Below are positions 9,381-16,589 of a DNA stretch of 64,000 bases, one piece after another. Numbering within the stretch: the first letter of the stretch is position 1; the number at the start of each line of letters is the position of its first letter. The translations under genes and the position numbers were made by a program. The stretch is from a bacterium (GTDB taxonomy: Bacteria; Cyanobacteriota; Sericytochromatia; S15B-MN24; UBA4093): the NCBI GenBank assembly GCA_035285805.1, contig JAYKJE010000021.1, forward strand, positions 156,956 to 220,955, given 5' to 3'. The notes under the pieces were generated by a model. The model searched no databases and was not told the DNA's origin. It saw nothing but the letters and a program-made list of their open reading frames with translations.

Positions 9381-9516
9381 GTGTTATTGTAAACATCGAG
9401 TTACGGAGACATCGATCACAGAGCACATTTGATCTATTGATCACATATTTCTGTCGATCAGCGTGATCAAATGTCTCCAGATGATCGTTGGCACTTACCC
9501 GGAGGACCCCCCGCGC
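9375..9516. promoter_or_regulatory. AT-rich divergent intergenic/promoter region with a dense cluster of seven GATC (Dam) sites
   Basis: GATC at about 9375, 9414, 9431, 9439, 9456, 9465 and 9483, including repeated TGATCA half-palindromes. About 85 bp of under 40% GC inside a roughly 70% GC genome. Lies between the 301-aa gene (start 9380, minus) and dam (start 9517, plus). Confidence 0.6.
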
Positions 9517-10347
9517 ATGGCCCGTACACGTTCCCTGTCTCTCCCCACCAAGGCGCAGCCCTTCCTGAAATGGGCGGGGGGGAAGACTCGCCTGCTGGCC
9601 CAGTTCGAGCCGATGTTTCCGCGGCGGTTCCGGCGCTACCACGAACCCTTCATCGGGGCGGGAGCCGTGTTCTTCCACCTGCAGGCACGCGAGGCCTTCA
9701 TCTCGGACACCAATCCGGACCTCATCACGTGTTACCAGGTCCTCCAGGCGGACCCGGCCAGCCTGATCGAGGTGCTCCGGTTGTACCGTCATGATCGCGA
9801 TTTCTACTATCACGTTCGCGATCTCGATCCCCGCGAGCTGAGTCCCGTCCAGCGGGCCGCGCGGATGATCTTTCTCAACAAGACCTGCTTCAACGGCCTC
9901 TGGCGCGTCAACCGGCAGGGGCGCTTCAACGTGCCATTCGGAGATTACAAGAATCCCCGGATCGTCGATGCCGACAACCTGGCTCTCGTTCACGCAGCCT
10001 TGCAGGACGTCCACATCCGGCAGGCCGGGTTCGAGCAGGCCCTGGCCGACGTCGAACGCGGGGATTTCGTGTACCTCGACCCGCCCTATCATCCGGTCAG
10101 CACGACGGCCCGATTCACGAGTTACGGGGCCGATGACTTCCGGGAAGCCGACCAGCGTCGACTCGCGGAGGAGTTTCGTCGCCTGGATGCGCGCGGTGCC
10201 CGGGTCATGCTGTCGAACTCCGACACGCCCCTGGTGCACGAGCTCTATGCCGGTTATCGGCTCGACCTCGTCACCTGCAACCGGGCGATCAACCGGGATG
10301 CCTCCAAGCGTGGCGCCATCCACGAGGTGGTCGTCCGGAACTACTGA
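9517..10347 (+). CDS. dam: DNA adenine methyltransferase (Dam family, GATC-specific N6-adenine MTase)
   Basis: FLKWAGGK AdoMet-binding motif and catalytic DPPY (YLDPPYHP), Dam-like length. GGAGGA ribosome-binding site 10 nt upstream of the ATG at 9517. The ORF track's start at 9463 (GTG) lies inside the AT-rich region. Confidence 0.85.
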   Translation: MARTRSLSLPTKAQPFLKWAGGKTRLLAQFEPMFPRRFRRYHEPFIGAGAVFFHLQAREAFISDTNPDLITCYQVLQADPASLIEVLRLYRHDRDFYYHVRDLDPRELSPVQRAARMIFLNKTCFNGLWRVNRQGRFNVPFGDYKNPRIVDADNLALVHAALQDVHIRQAGFEQALADVERGDFVYLDPPYHPVSTTARFTSYGADDFREADQRRLAEEFRRLDARGARVMLSNSDTPLVHELYAGYRLDLVTCNRAINRDASKRGAIHEVVVRNY

Positions 10348-10543
10348 GGTCGATCCGGAGCCGCTTCCGGGTATCTCTCTTCCGGGGGGAGGGCGATATC
10401 GATGCGTGGTGTTCCCGTGACCTGGAGGGGCCTCTGGCGATCGGCCGTGCTCGCGCTCTGGGCGTTGAGCCTCGTCGCCTGTCGGACGGATGTGCGAAAT
10501 TTCTGGGACCTGCCCTAGGCTTCGCGAGGTGGCCCCGGGCGTC

Positions 10544-11431
10544 TCACTTCGCGAGCATCTCGCCTGGCAGGTGATGGGTCCACACGAGCCCCGCGATGAG
10601 CAGGCCGAGGGCGATGCGGTAGCCGATGAAGCCCCACATCGACCGCTGCTGCAGGAACTGCATCAGGAACCGGATGCAGAGGTATCCCACGACGCCCGAG
10701 GTCACGATTCCCACGGCGAACGCCGGCAACTGCGGGCTCGCGAGGATGTGGTTCAAGATGCCGGCGGGTTGGGTTCCCTGCAGCCGGCTAGCGACGCCCT
10801 CGACGGTATCCTTGGCCTTGAACAGGCAACTGGCCAGGATGATGGGGAAGCCTAGCAGGAACGAGAACCGGGCGGCGGACTCGCGGCTGAACCCCATGAA
10901 CATCGCAGCCGTCATGGTCGCACCGGAACGCGAGGTGCCCGGTATCAGCGCGCAGGCCTGGGCGATCCCGATGGCGATCGCCTGGGGCAGGCGCAGGTGG
11001 GTGAGTTCCCGGACTCTCGACCCCACGACCTCGGCGAGCCCGAGCAGGAAGGCGACCCCGATGAGCATCGTGGAGATGACGAGGGGAGAACGGAAGGTGG
11101 TCTCGACGGCCTCTTCGAGCATGAGGCCGGCGGCGGCGGCAGGCACGCACCCCAGCACGACCATCCAGGCCAGGCGTGCCTCGTCGTTCCAGGCAGCCCG
11201 TCCCTTCGTCACGCTCAGCAGTCCTGCCCGTCCCATTCCGATGAAGTCGCGCCAGAAGTAAACCGCGACGGCGGTGAACGTGCCGAGATGCAGGGCCACG
11301 TCGAACGTCAGACCAGGGTCTTTCCAGCCCAGGAGTGCCGGGACGAGGATGAGATGTGCCGTGCTGGAAATGGGGAGGAATTCACTCACTCCCTGGACGG
11401 CGCCGAGCACGGCTGCCTGGAAGAGATCCAC
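10544..11431 (-). CDS. uppP: undecaprenyl-diphosphate phosphatase
   Basis: BacA/UppP family signature (VSEFLPISSTAHLIL...; multi-pass membrane protein). Confidence 0.9.
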   Translation of the reverse strand: MDLFQAAVLGAVQGVSEFLPISSTAHLILVPALLGWKDPGLTFDVALHLGTFTAVAVYFWRDFIGMGRAGLLSVTKGRAAWNDEARLAWMVVLGCVPAAAAGLMLEEAVETTFRSPLVISTMLIGVAFLLGLAEVVGSRVRELTHLRLPQAIAIGIAQACALIPGTSRSGATMTAAMFMGFSRESAARFSFLLGFPIILASCLFKAKDTVEGVASRLQGTQPAGILNHILASPQLPAFAVGIVTSGVVGYLCIRFLMQFLQQRSMWGFIGYRIALGLLIAGLVWTHHLPGEMLAK

Positions 11432-11522
11432 CGGATGGCCTTTCGGAAGGGGGGCGACGGACGCTCATGCTAGCACGGCGGACCTCCGCGGAGGCCCGCC
11501 GCATCGGCATGGCGAGTTCTTG

Positions 11523-12092
11523 TCAGTAGGAAATGCTCGATCCGAGGCCGATCGCCGCCTGGGACAGCAGGGCGAGTTCCTGCATGCTCGGCGGGGTGTA
11601 GGAGCGCCCCTCGTTGGCAGCGATCTCGAAAGCCTTGGCCGTCAGGGCCGCGAACAGCACGCCGCGCTGGATGTCCTGACCGAAGCCGGACCCCGAGTAG
11701 CGTGAGAGGTCACCGGGGCTCCGGATGCCCGACCGGACCATCAGGTGCGCGGCATCCGGGGACATGTTCCGGATTCGCATCATGTCGGCCATCTGACCGT
11801 ATACGATGAGCCGGTCGGCAGGGATGCCGGTGAGGAAGGACGTGATCGATCGTCGGAACCCTCCGCCCGTCGCAAAGCGCAACATGAACGGGTTTCCGGC
11901 GCCGACCATCCGCAACCGGTGAAGGTCCTGGTCGTTCCCGAGCAACCGGCTCATCAGGTACAGGTTAGCACTGCCCTGGCTTTCCATCACGGGCTGCCGG
12001 GCCAGGACGGGGGCGGCGCCACCTGCCTGGACGGCGCTGGTGGCCAGCGCGGGGCGTGCATAGGTGAGGGACGGGATGCCCTGGACTTGCAT
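11523..12092 (-). CDS. hypothetical protein (189 aa)
   Basis: ORF only. No recognisable motif. Moderate coding-like bias. Confidence 0.35.
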   Translation of the reverse strand: MQVQGIPSLTYARPALATSAVQAGGAAPVLARQPVMESQGSANLYLMSRLLGNDQDLHRLRMVGAGNPFMLRFATGGGFRRSITSFLTGIPADRLIVYGQMADMMRIRNMSPDAAHLMVRSGIRSPGDLSRYSGSGFGQDIQRGVLFAALTAKAFEIAANEGRSYTPPSMQELALLSQAAIGLGSSISY

Positions 12093-12243
12093 GGGGGTCC
12101 TCCTGCCACTGGACGGTCTGACGAGGGGCTTATCGGACCGGAGATGTTCCAGCTTTCTTAAGTCGGGTTCAAGCCCAGATGAACTCCCGGGTCATGCCAG
12201 GGTTTGACAACCTGCCCTGTCGCACGATAGGCTCCAGATGTCG

Positions 12244-12320
12244 CGGGGCGTAGCGCAGCTTGGTAGCGCATCTGCTTTGGGAGCAGAGGGTCGTGGGTTC
12301 GAATCCCACCGCTCCGACCA
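12244..12320 (+). tRNA. tRNA-Pro (anticodon TGG)
   Basis: Cloverleaf folded by hand. Acceptor CGGGGCG/CGCTCCG, D-arm GCGCAGCTTGGTAGCGC, anticodon stem-loop TCTGC-TTTGGGA-GCAGA, T-arm GTGGGTTCGAATCCCAC, 3' ACCA encoded. Confidence 0.85.
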
Positions 12321-12325
12321 GTCGC

Positions 12326-12397
12326 GCGGGTGTAACTCAGCGGTAGAGTTCCTGCCTTCCAAGCAGGATGTCGTGGGTTCGAATCCCATCGCCCGCT
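12326..12397 (+). tRNA. tRNA-Gly (anticodon TCC)
   Basis: Acceptor GCGGGTG/CGCCCGC, D-stem ACTC/GAGT, anticodon stem-loop CCTGC-CTTCCAA-GCAGG, T-arm GTGGGTTCGAATCCCAT. CCA not encoded. Confidence 0.85.
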
Positions 12398-12414
12398 CTC
12401 ACAGGTCGCTCACG

Positions 12415-12450
12415 CCGAGCCCTCCTCCTGGAGGGCTCGGTTGTTGTTCG
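12415..12450 (+). terminator. hairpin (GAGCCCTCC-tcc-t-GGAGGGCTC) plus TTGTTGTT after the tRNA pair
   Basis: Perfect 9-bp GC-rich stem followed by a T-rich stretch immediately downstream of tRNA-Gly. Confidence 0.45.
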
Positions 12451-12569
12451 AGGACCTCGGGTTCCTGCACGGCTTTGAGAAAATACCATTAAGTTTCCGT
12501 TTGCCCCCGTAAGCTTGCGTTTCGGCGGGGAAAAAACAGGCATGTCGGGACCGGTCAACGGAGAGTGTC

Positions 12570-13367
12570 ATGAGCAGTGCCATCCACGTCATTCCTGATC
12601 CTGCCCAGCTTCTGGCCGAGGCACGTGCTGCGATCGTCAAGAGCCGGTACTTCCAGCACGGCAGGACGGACCGCTACGGCCATGTCGTGGGGTTGCGCGA
12701 GTATCCCGCCGGACGCGTGCCCACGGATCATCAGGTTCATCACTACGACCAGGCCGGGCGAGTCATCCTGTTCGAGAAATACACGAGAGATTTCTCGAAG
12801 CCCACGTATCGACTGTATCGCTATGCTGGAAACGTCATGAACGAGGCCATCTGGATCGACCGCTATGGCCACATCGAACATCATCACTGCTTCCAGTACG
12901 ACCGGGTCACCGGTCAGATGGTCTGGCGGGCCGAGTACCAGCCCGACGGGACGCTGTTCTACAGCGTCGCATCCACCTACGACTCGGTCGGAAACCTCAT
13001 CGAGGATGCCTATTTCGACCGGAATGACGTGTTCGTGAAGCGGGAGGCTTACGAGCACGACAAGGCGGGAGATGTCACCCGCGAACGTTTCTATGACCAC
13101 GAGAATGCCCTGGTGGGGTTCAACACGTTCACCTACGACAAGCAGAGGCGGCTGACCGCTCGCATCTGGCATGGACCGGATGGCGTGCGACGTTCCCGTT
13201 TCGCCTACACCTACGATCGCCAGGACAGGCTGTCTCGTCTCACCGTGTATGGTCCCACCGACAAGAATCCTCTGGTCCAGGAGTTCACGTATGACGACGT
13301 GGGTAGCGTCACCCGGGAACGCTGGATGGAGGCCTCGGGACAGGTCGTCAAGGAACTCGTCTTCTGA
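12570..13367 (+). CDS. YD-repeat (Rhs/teneurin-type repeat) protein, 265 aa, no signal peptide
   Basis: At least six YD-type repeats (HYDQAGRV, YDSVGNL, YEHDKAGDV, YDKQRRL, YTYDRQDRLSRL, YDDVGSV). No Rhs core or toxin domain. The AT-richer region 12476-12545 upstream is a likely promoter. Confidence 0.7.
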   Translation: MSSAIHVIPDPAQLLAEARAAIVKSRYFQHGRTDRYGHVVGLREYPAGRVPTDHQVHHYDQAGRVILFEKYTRDFSKPTYRLYRYAGNVMNEAIWIDRYGHIEHHHCFQYDRVTGQMVWRAEYQPDGTLFYSVASTYDSVGNLIEDAYFDRNDVFVKREAYEHDKAGDVTRERFYDHENALVGFNTFTYDKQRRLTARIWHGPDGVRRSRFAYTYDRQDRLSRLTVYGPTDKNPLVQEFTYDDVGSVTRERWMEASGQVVKELVF

Positions 13368-13402
13368 GGCCTGCCGGTCTCACATTTCCCCCTGGAGGAG
13401 CC

Positions 13403-14479
13403 ATGAGCGATATCTCGGGTATCGATCCCATCAAACAGACCGTCAAGATCAATGCGGCGGCGATCGCCGCCGCCGCGGCGTCCGCGCAAGCCGTGCCCGG
13501 GGCCACCGAGGCCCCTGCCCGCGATCAGGTCAGCATCCAGACATCCGATGCGTCCGACCTGGGCCTGGGGGAAGCCGCAGGTCCCGGGGGGCAGCGCGGG
13601 CGCATCCTGCCCGAGGCCGCTCCTGCCGATCTCATGTCGGCCATCGGTAGCGCTCCCGTCGCGAGCGCGATGCCGGGGATGAGCGCTCCAGGCAAGTCGA
13701 TCGAGGTGCCACGACCCAAGCCGGCCCCCCCCATCCAGTCCACGCCTCGGTCGGACGTGCCCTCGAGCGTGTCCTACAGCTCTCCTTCCTCGGTCAAGCC
13801 CGAACCGCGCTATCTCGACGTCCAGGGCTGCACCGGCATGGGGGCCGCCTCGGGGAAGTCTTACAAGGTGCTCGAGAGTGATGCGATCGCCATGTACTCG
13901 CTGCTCAAGGAGAAGCCCCTCTGGAAGATGGATGAACTGAAGTACGCCCTCCAGGCCTACTTCGGGATCGAGGCCGAGGTGACCAAGGTGGATGGCCGCA
14001 ACGCCATCGTCGGGACCGACGGACGCATCATCGCTGTCGACACGGAGGGCAACGGGGCGATCGACATCAACGATCTCCAGTTCGGTCAGGCCCTCTCTGC
14101 GGCAGGCGTCGACATCTCGCAGATCAAGAGTGCCAGCGAGATGATGAAGGACCGTCTGAACGCGATGAATCTCGCGCTCAAGGTGTCGGAAGATCTCCAG
14201 AAGATGAACCAGGAGATCGCGGAACGCGAGATGACGATGGCCTCCATCCGAGCCAGCGCGGAAGCCGCCGATGCGAAGGCACGCGGTGCGGCTGCCGCGG
14301 TCGCAGCTTCCGGCCTGACCTCGGTGACCCCGTCCTCGAATCCGGGTTCTTCGTCGTCCTCGTCCTCGTCTTCGCCGTCGCCAGGGGCCTCGTCCGCCGG
14401 CGCGGCGGCCGCTGCGGCGGGGGCGTCGGCCGCCGCAGCACCGTCGGCACCTTCCGGCGGTGGTAAGGGAATGGCCTGA
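13403..14479 (+). CDS. hypothetical protein (358 aa) with Ala/Ser/Pro-rich N- and C-terminal low-complexity regions
   Basis: ORF 35 nt after the YD-repeat gene. Its stop overlaps the next start (ATGA). The C-terminus is SSSSSSSSPSPGASSAGAAAAAAGASAAA. Confidence 0.55.
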   Translation: MSDISGIDPIKQTVKINAAAIAAAAASAQAVPGATEAPARDQVSIQTSDASDLGLGEAAGPGGQRGRILPEAAPADLMSAIGSAPVASAMPGMSAPGKSIEVPRPKPAPPIQSTPRSDVPSSVSYSSPSSVKPEPRYLDVQGCTGMGAASGKSYKVLESDAIAMYSLLKEKPLWKMDELKYALQAYFGIEAEVTKVDGRNAIVGTDGRIIAVDTEGNGAIDINDLQFGQALSAAGVDISQIKSASEMMKDRLNAMNLALKVSEDLQKMNQEIAEREMTMASIRASAEAADAKARGAAAAVAASGLTSVTPSSNPGSSSSSSSSSPSPGASSAGAAAAAAGASAAAAPSAPSGGGKGMA

Positions 14480-14757
14480 TGGATACTCCGCTGCTCACCC
14501 GTGCCGAGGTCGTCGAGCGCATCGAGCGCTTCAATGCCTGCCTGGCTCGCGAACACGAACTCAAGAAGAAGCTGGTCACCATGAAGATCCGCGGCGATTT
14601 CCAGCGCGTGCGCGAGATGATGTCCGAGCACGACGCCCTCATCGCCGAGATCAGTCGCATCCAGCTCGAGGAGATGGTGCCCATCATCGTGGAGCTGGAC
14701 CGTTTCACCAAGGCAGGCCTCGCCGTCCTGGAAGCCTACAACCGTGACAAGTCGTAA
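14479..14757 (+). CDS. hypothetical small helical protein (92 aa)
   Basis: Start overlaps the upstream stop (ATGA). The downstream rSAM gene begins 14 nt before its stop, so it is translationally coupled on both sides. Confidence 0.5.
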   Translation: MDTPLLTRAEVVERIERFNACLAREHELKKKLVTMKIRGDFQRVREMMSEHDALIAEISRIQLEEMVPIIVELDRFTKAGLAVLEAYNRDKS

Positions 14758-16588
14758 AGCCCTGCTGGTCTTTCCCCCGCAGTGGACCCCCCAGAATCCG
14801 CACTTCGCCCTGCGCGCTCTGGCGGGTCACCTGCGGGCCAACGGTATCGAGGTCGCCGTGCGCGACCTCAATGTCGAGTACTACGATTCCATCCTGACGC
14901 CGGAAAGCCTCTCGCTGGCCCGGGATCGGATCCGTCTGGACCTGGAGTACCTCGGATATCAGACCATCATCCGGCAGATGATCGACGAGCAGAGCCACCA
15001 GGCGGACGTCGACGCAGCTCGGTTCATGGCCATGAAGCGATTCGAGGACAACCATCCCGGTGCCCTCGATCGCCTGCCGGGCCTGATCCTCGACGCGAAG
15101 GAGACTCTCCGCGATCCACGCCGCTATTACAACCCGGATTACCTGATCGACGCGTTCCGGACCATCGATCTGGCGTTGCAGGCCCTGTCGTTGCCGTACC
15201 ATCCGGCCAACCTCTCGTACATCTACTTCGACCAGCCGGATGCCCGGTTCACGATCCGCACGGCGCACGAGTTCGCCAGCTCACCCACGGCGAACATGTT
15301 TCATGCGTTCTTCGAGGCGCAGATCGATTCGCTCCTGGCCGAGGAGGCATCCTACATCGGCATCTCGATCAACTCGTTCTCCCAGGTGCTGCCGGGCCTC
15401 ACGCTGGCGCACATGCTGCGGAAAGCCGCGCCGCCCGGTGTCCATATCGGACTGGGGGGCAATCACCTGGGGCGCGTCAAGGAGACGTTGCTCGAGAGAC
15501 CCGATTTCTTCGAGTTTTTCGCCCACAGTCTCGCGACCAGCGAGGGCGAGCAGCAACTGGTCCACATGGTCCAGGCCCTCGTGGACGGACGGAGCCTCGA
15601 GGATGTCCCCAACATCTTGTATGTCGGCGAGGACGGCGTGCCCCGGGCCTCGAAGGCGGCGAAGCCGCCGCAGATGGACCGGATCGGTCACCAGGACCTG
15701 GCCGGTCTGCCCATGGACCTCTACTTCTCCCCCGAGCCCTTGCTGACCATCCAGGCCAGCAAGGGGTGCTACTGGGGTAAATGCTCGTTCTGCGATTCGT
15801 TCTTCGGAGTCGATCTCGACTTCAAGTCGATCGACAAGCTCGTCGCCGAGATCCGTCATCTCAAGGAGACCTACGGCGTCCGGTTGTTCCAGTTCATCGA
15901 CGAGGCGCTCCCACCGAACTACATGGAGGCGATGGCCCGACGCTTCATCGAGGAGAAGCTGGACATCCAGTGGTTCAGCAACGGACGCCTCGAGACGGGC
16001 TTCACCCCGGAGCTCATGAGCCTCCTGCATGAGGCCGGTCTGCGCATGGTCCTGTGGGGATACGAGACGGGGGCGCCGCGCATCCACAACCTCATCAAGA
16101 AGGGGGTGGCGTTCAGCCGGCGCCATGACATCCTTCGCGGGGCGGCAGAGGCGGGCATCTTCAATTTCGCGTACATCTTTTTCGGCTTTCCCTCCGAGAC
16201 CCTCGAGGAGGCAAACGCCACGATCGATGCCATGTGCGAGAACACGGACATCATTCACGCGTACGGACGCTCGGTCTTCACCCTCGGCAAGCAGAGCCCG
16301 CTCTACGCCGATCTGGAGAAGAACGGAGACATTCTCGAGGCCGTCGTGGACATCGAGGATCTGTCGTCCAACATCTCGTTCAAGACCCGTGGTGGCATGT
16401 CCGACGAGGAACTGCATGCGGTCATGAAATCGTGCACCACCCGGTGCGCCGAGGCCTATGACCACGCGCTGTGGTTCTACCTCCGGAGCCGGGAGAACAT
16501 CCACTACTACCTGGCCCGGTTCGGGGCCGAGCACGTGCGGAAGGCCACGTTCAAGCGATTCCATGCCCAGCCCGTCGAGCAGGCCTGA
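14744..16588 (+). CDS. B12-binding domain radical SAM protein (class B rSAM-like) with variant CX4CX2C cluster motif
   Basis: N-terminal B12-binding-like region (KALLVFPPQW...). Fe-S motif KGCYWGKCSFCDSF. Elongated TIM-barrel-like rSAM core. 614 aa. Confidence 0.8.
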   Translation: MTSRKALLVFPPQWTPQNPHFALRALAGHLRANGIEVAVRDLNVEYYDSILTPESLSLARDRIRLDLEYLGYQTIIRQMIDEQSHQADVDAARFMAMKRFEDNHPGALDRLPGLILDAKETLRDPRRYYNPDYLIDAFRTIDLALQALSLPYHPANLSYIYFDQPDARFTIRTAHEFASSPTANMFHAFFEAQIDSLLAEEASYIGISINSFSQVLPGLTLAHMLRKAAPPGVHIGLGGNHLGRVKETLLERPDFFEFFAHSLATSEGEQQLVHMVQALVDGRSLEDVPNILYVGEDGVPRASKAAKPPQMDRIGHQDLAGLPMDLYFSPEPLLTIQASKGCYWGKCSFCDSFFGVDLDFKSIDKLVAEIRHLKETYGVRLFQFIDEALPPNYMEAMARRFIEEKLDIQWFSNGRLETGFTPELMSLLHEAGLRMVLWGYETGAPRIHNLIKKGVAFSRRHDILRGAAEAGIFNFAYIFFGFPSETLEEANATIDAMCENTDIIHAYGRSVFTLGKQSPLYADLEKNGDILEAVVDIEDLSSNISFKTRGGMSDEELHAVMKSCTTRCAEAYDHALWFYLRSRENIHYYLARFGAEHVRKATFKRFHAQPVEQA

Positions 16589-16589
16589 C

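Noticed and set aside
12238-12492. 84-aa ORF covering tRNA-Pro and tRNA-Gly, and similar ORFs over the other tRNAs (20689-20997, 20906-21322, 22232-22795)
   Set aside because: Open frames created by tRNA sequences. The tRNA cloverleaves are clear.
12100-12570. Genomic island integrated at tRNA-Pro/Gly
   Set aside because: No integrase, direct repeats of the tRNA 3' end, or compositional shift detected. The downstream operon has native GC content.
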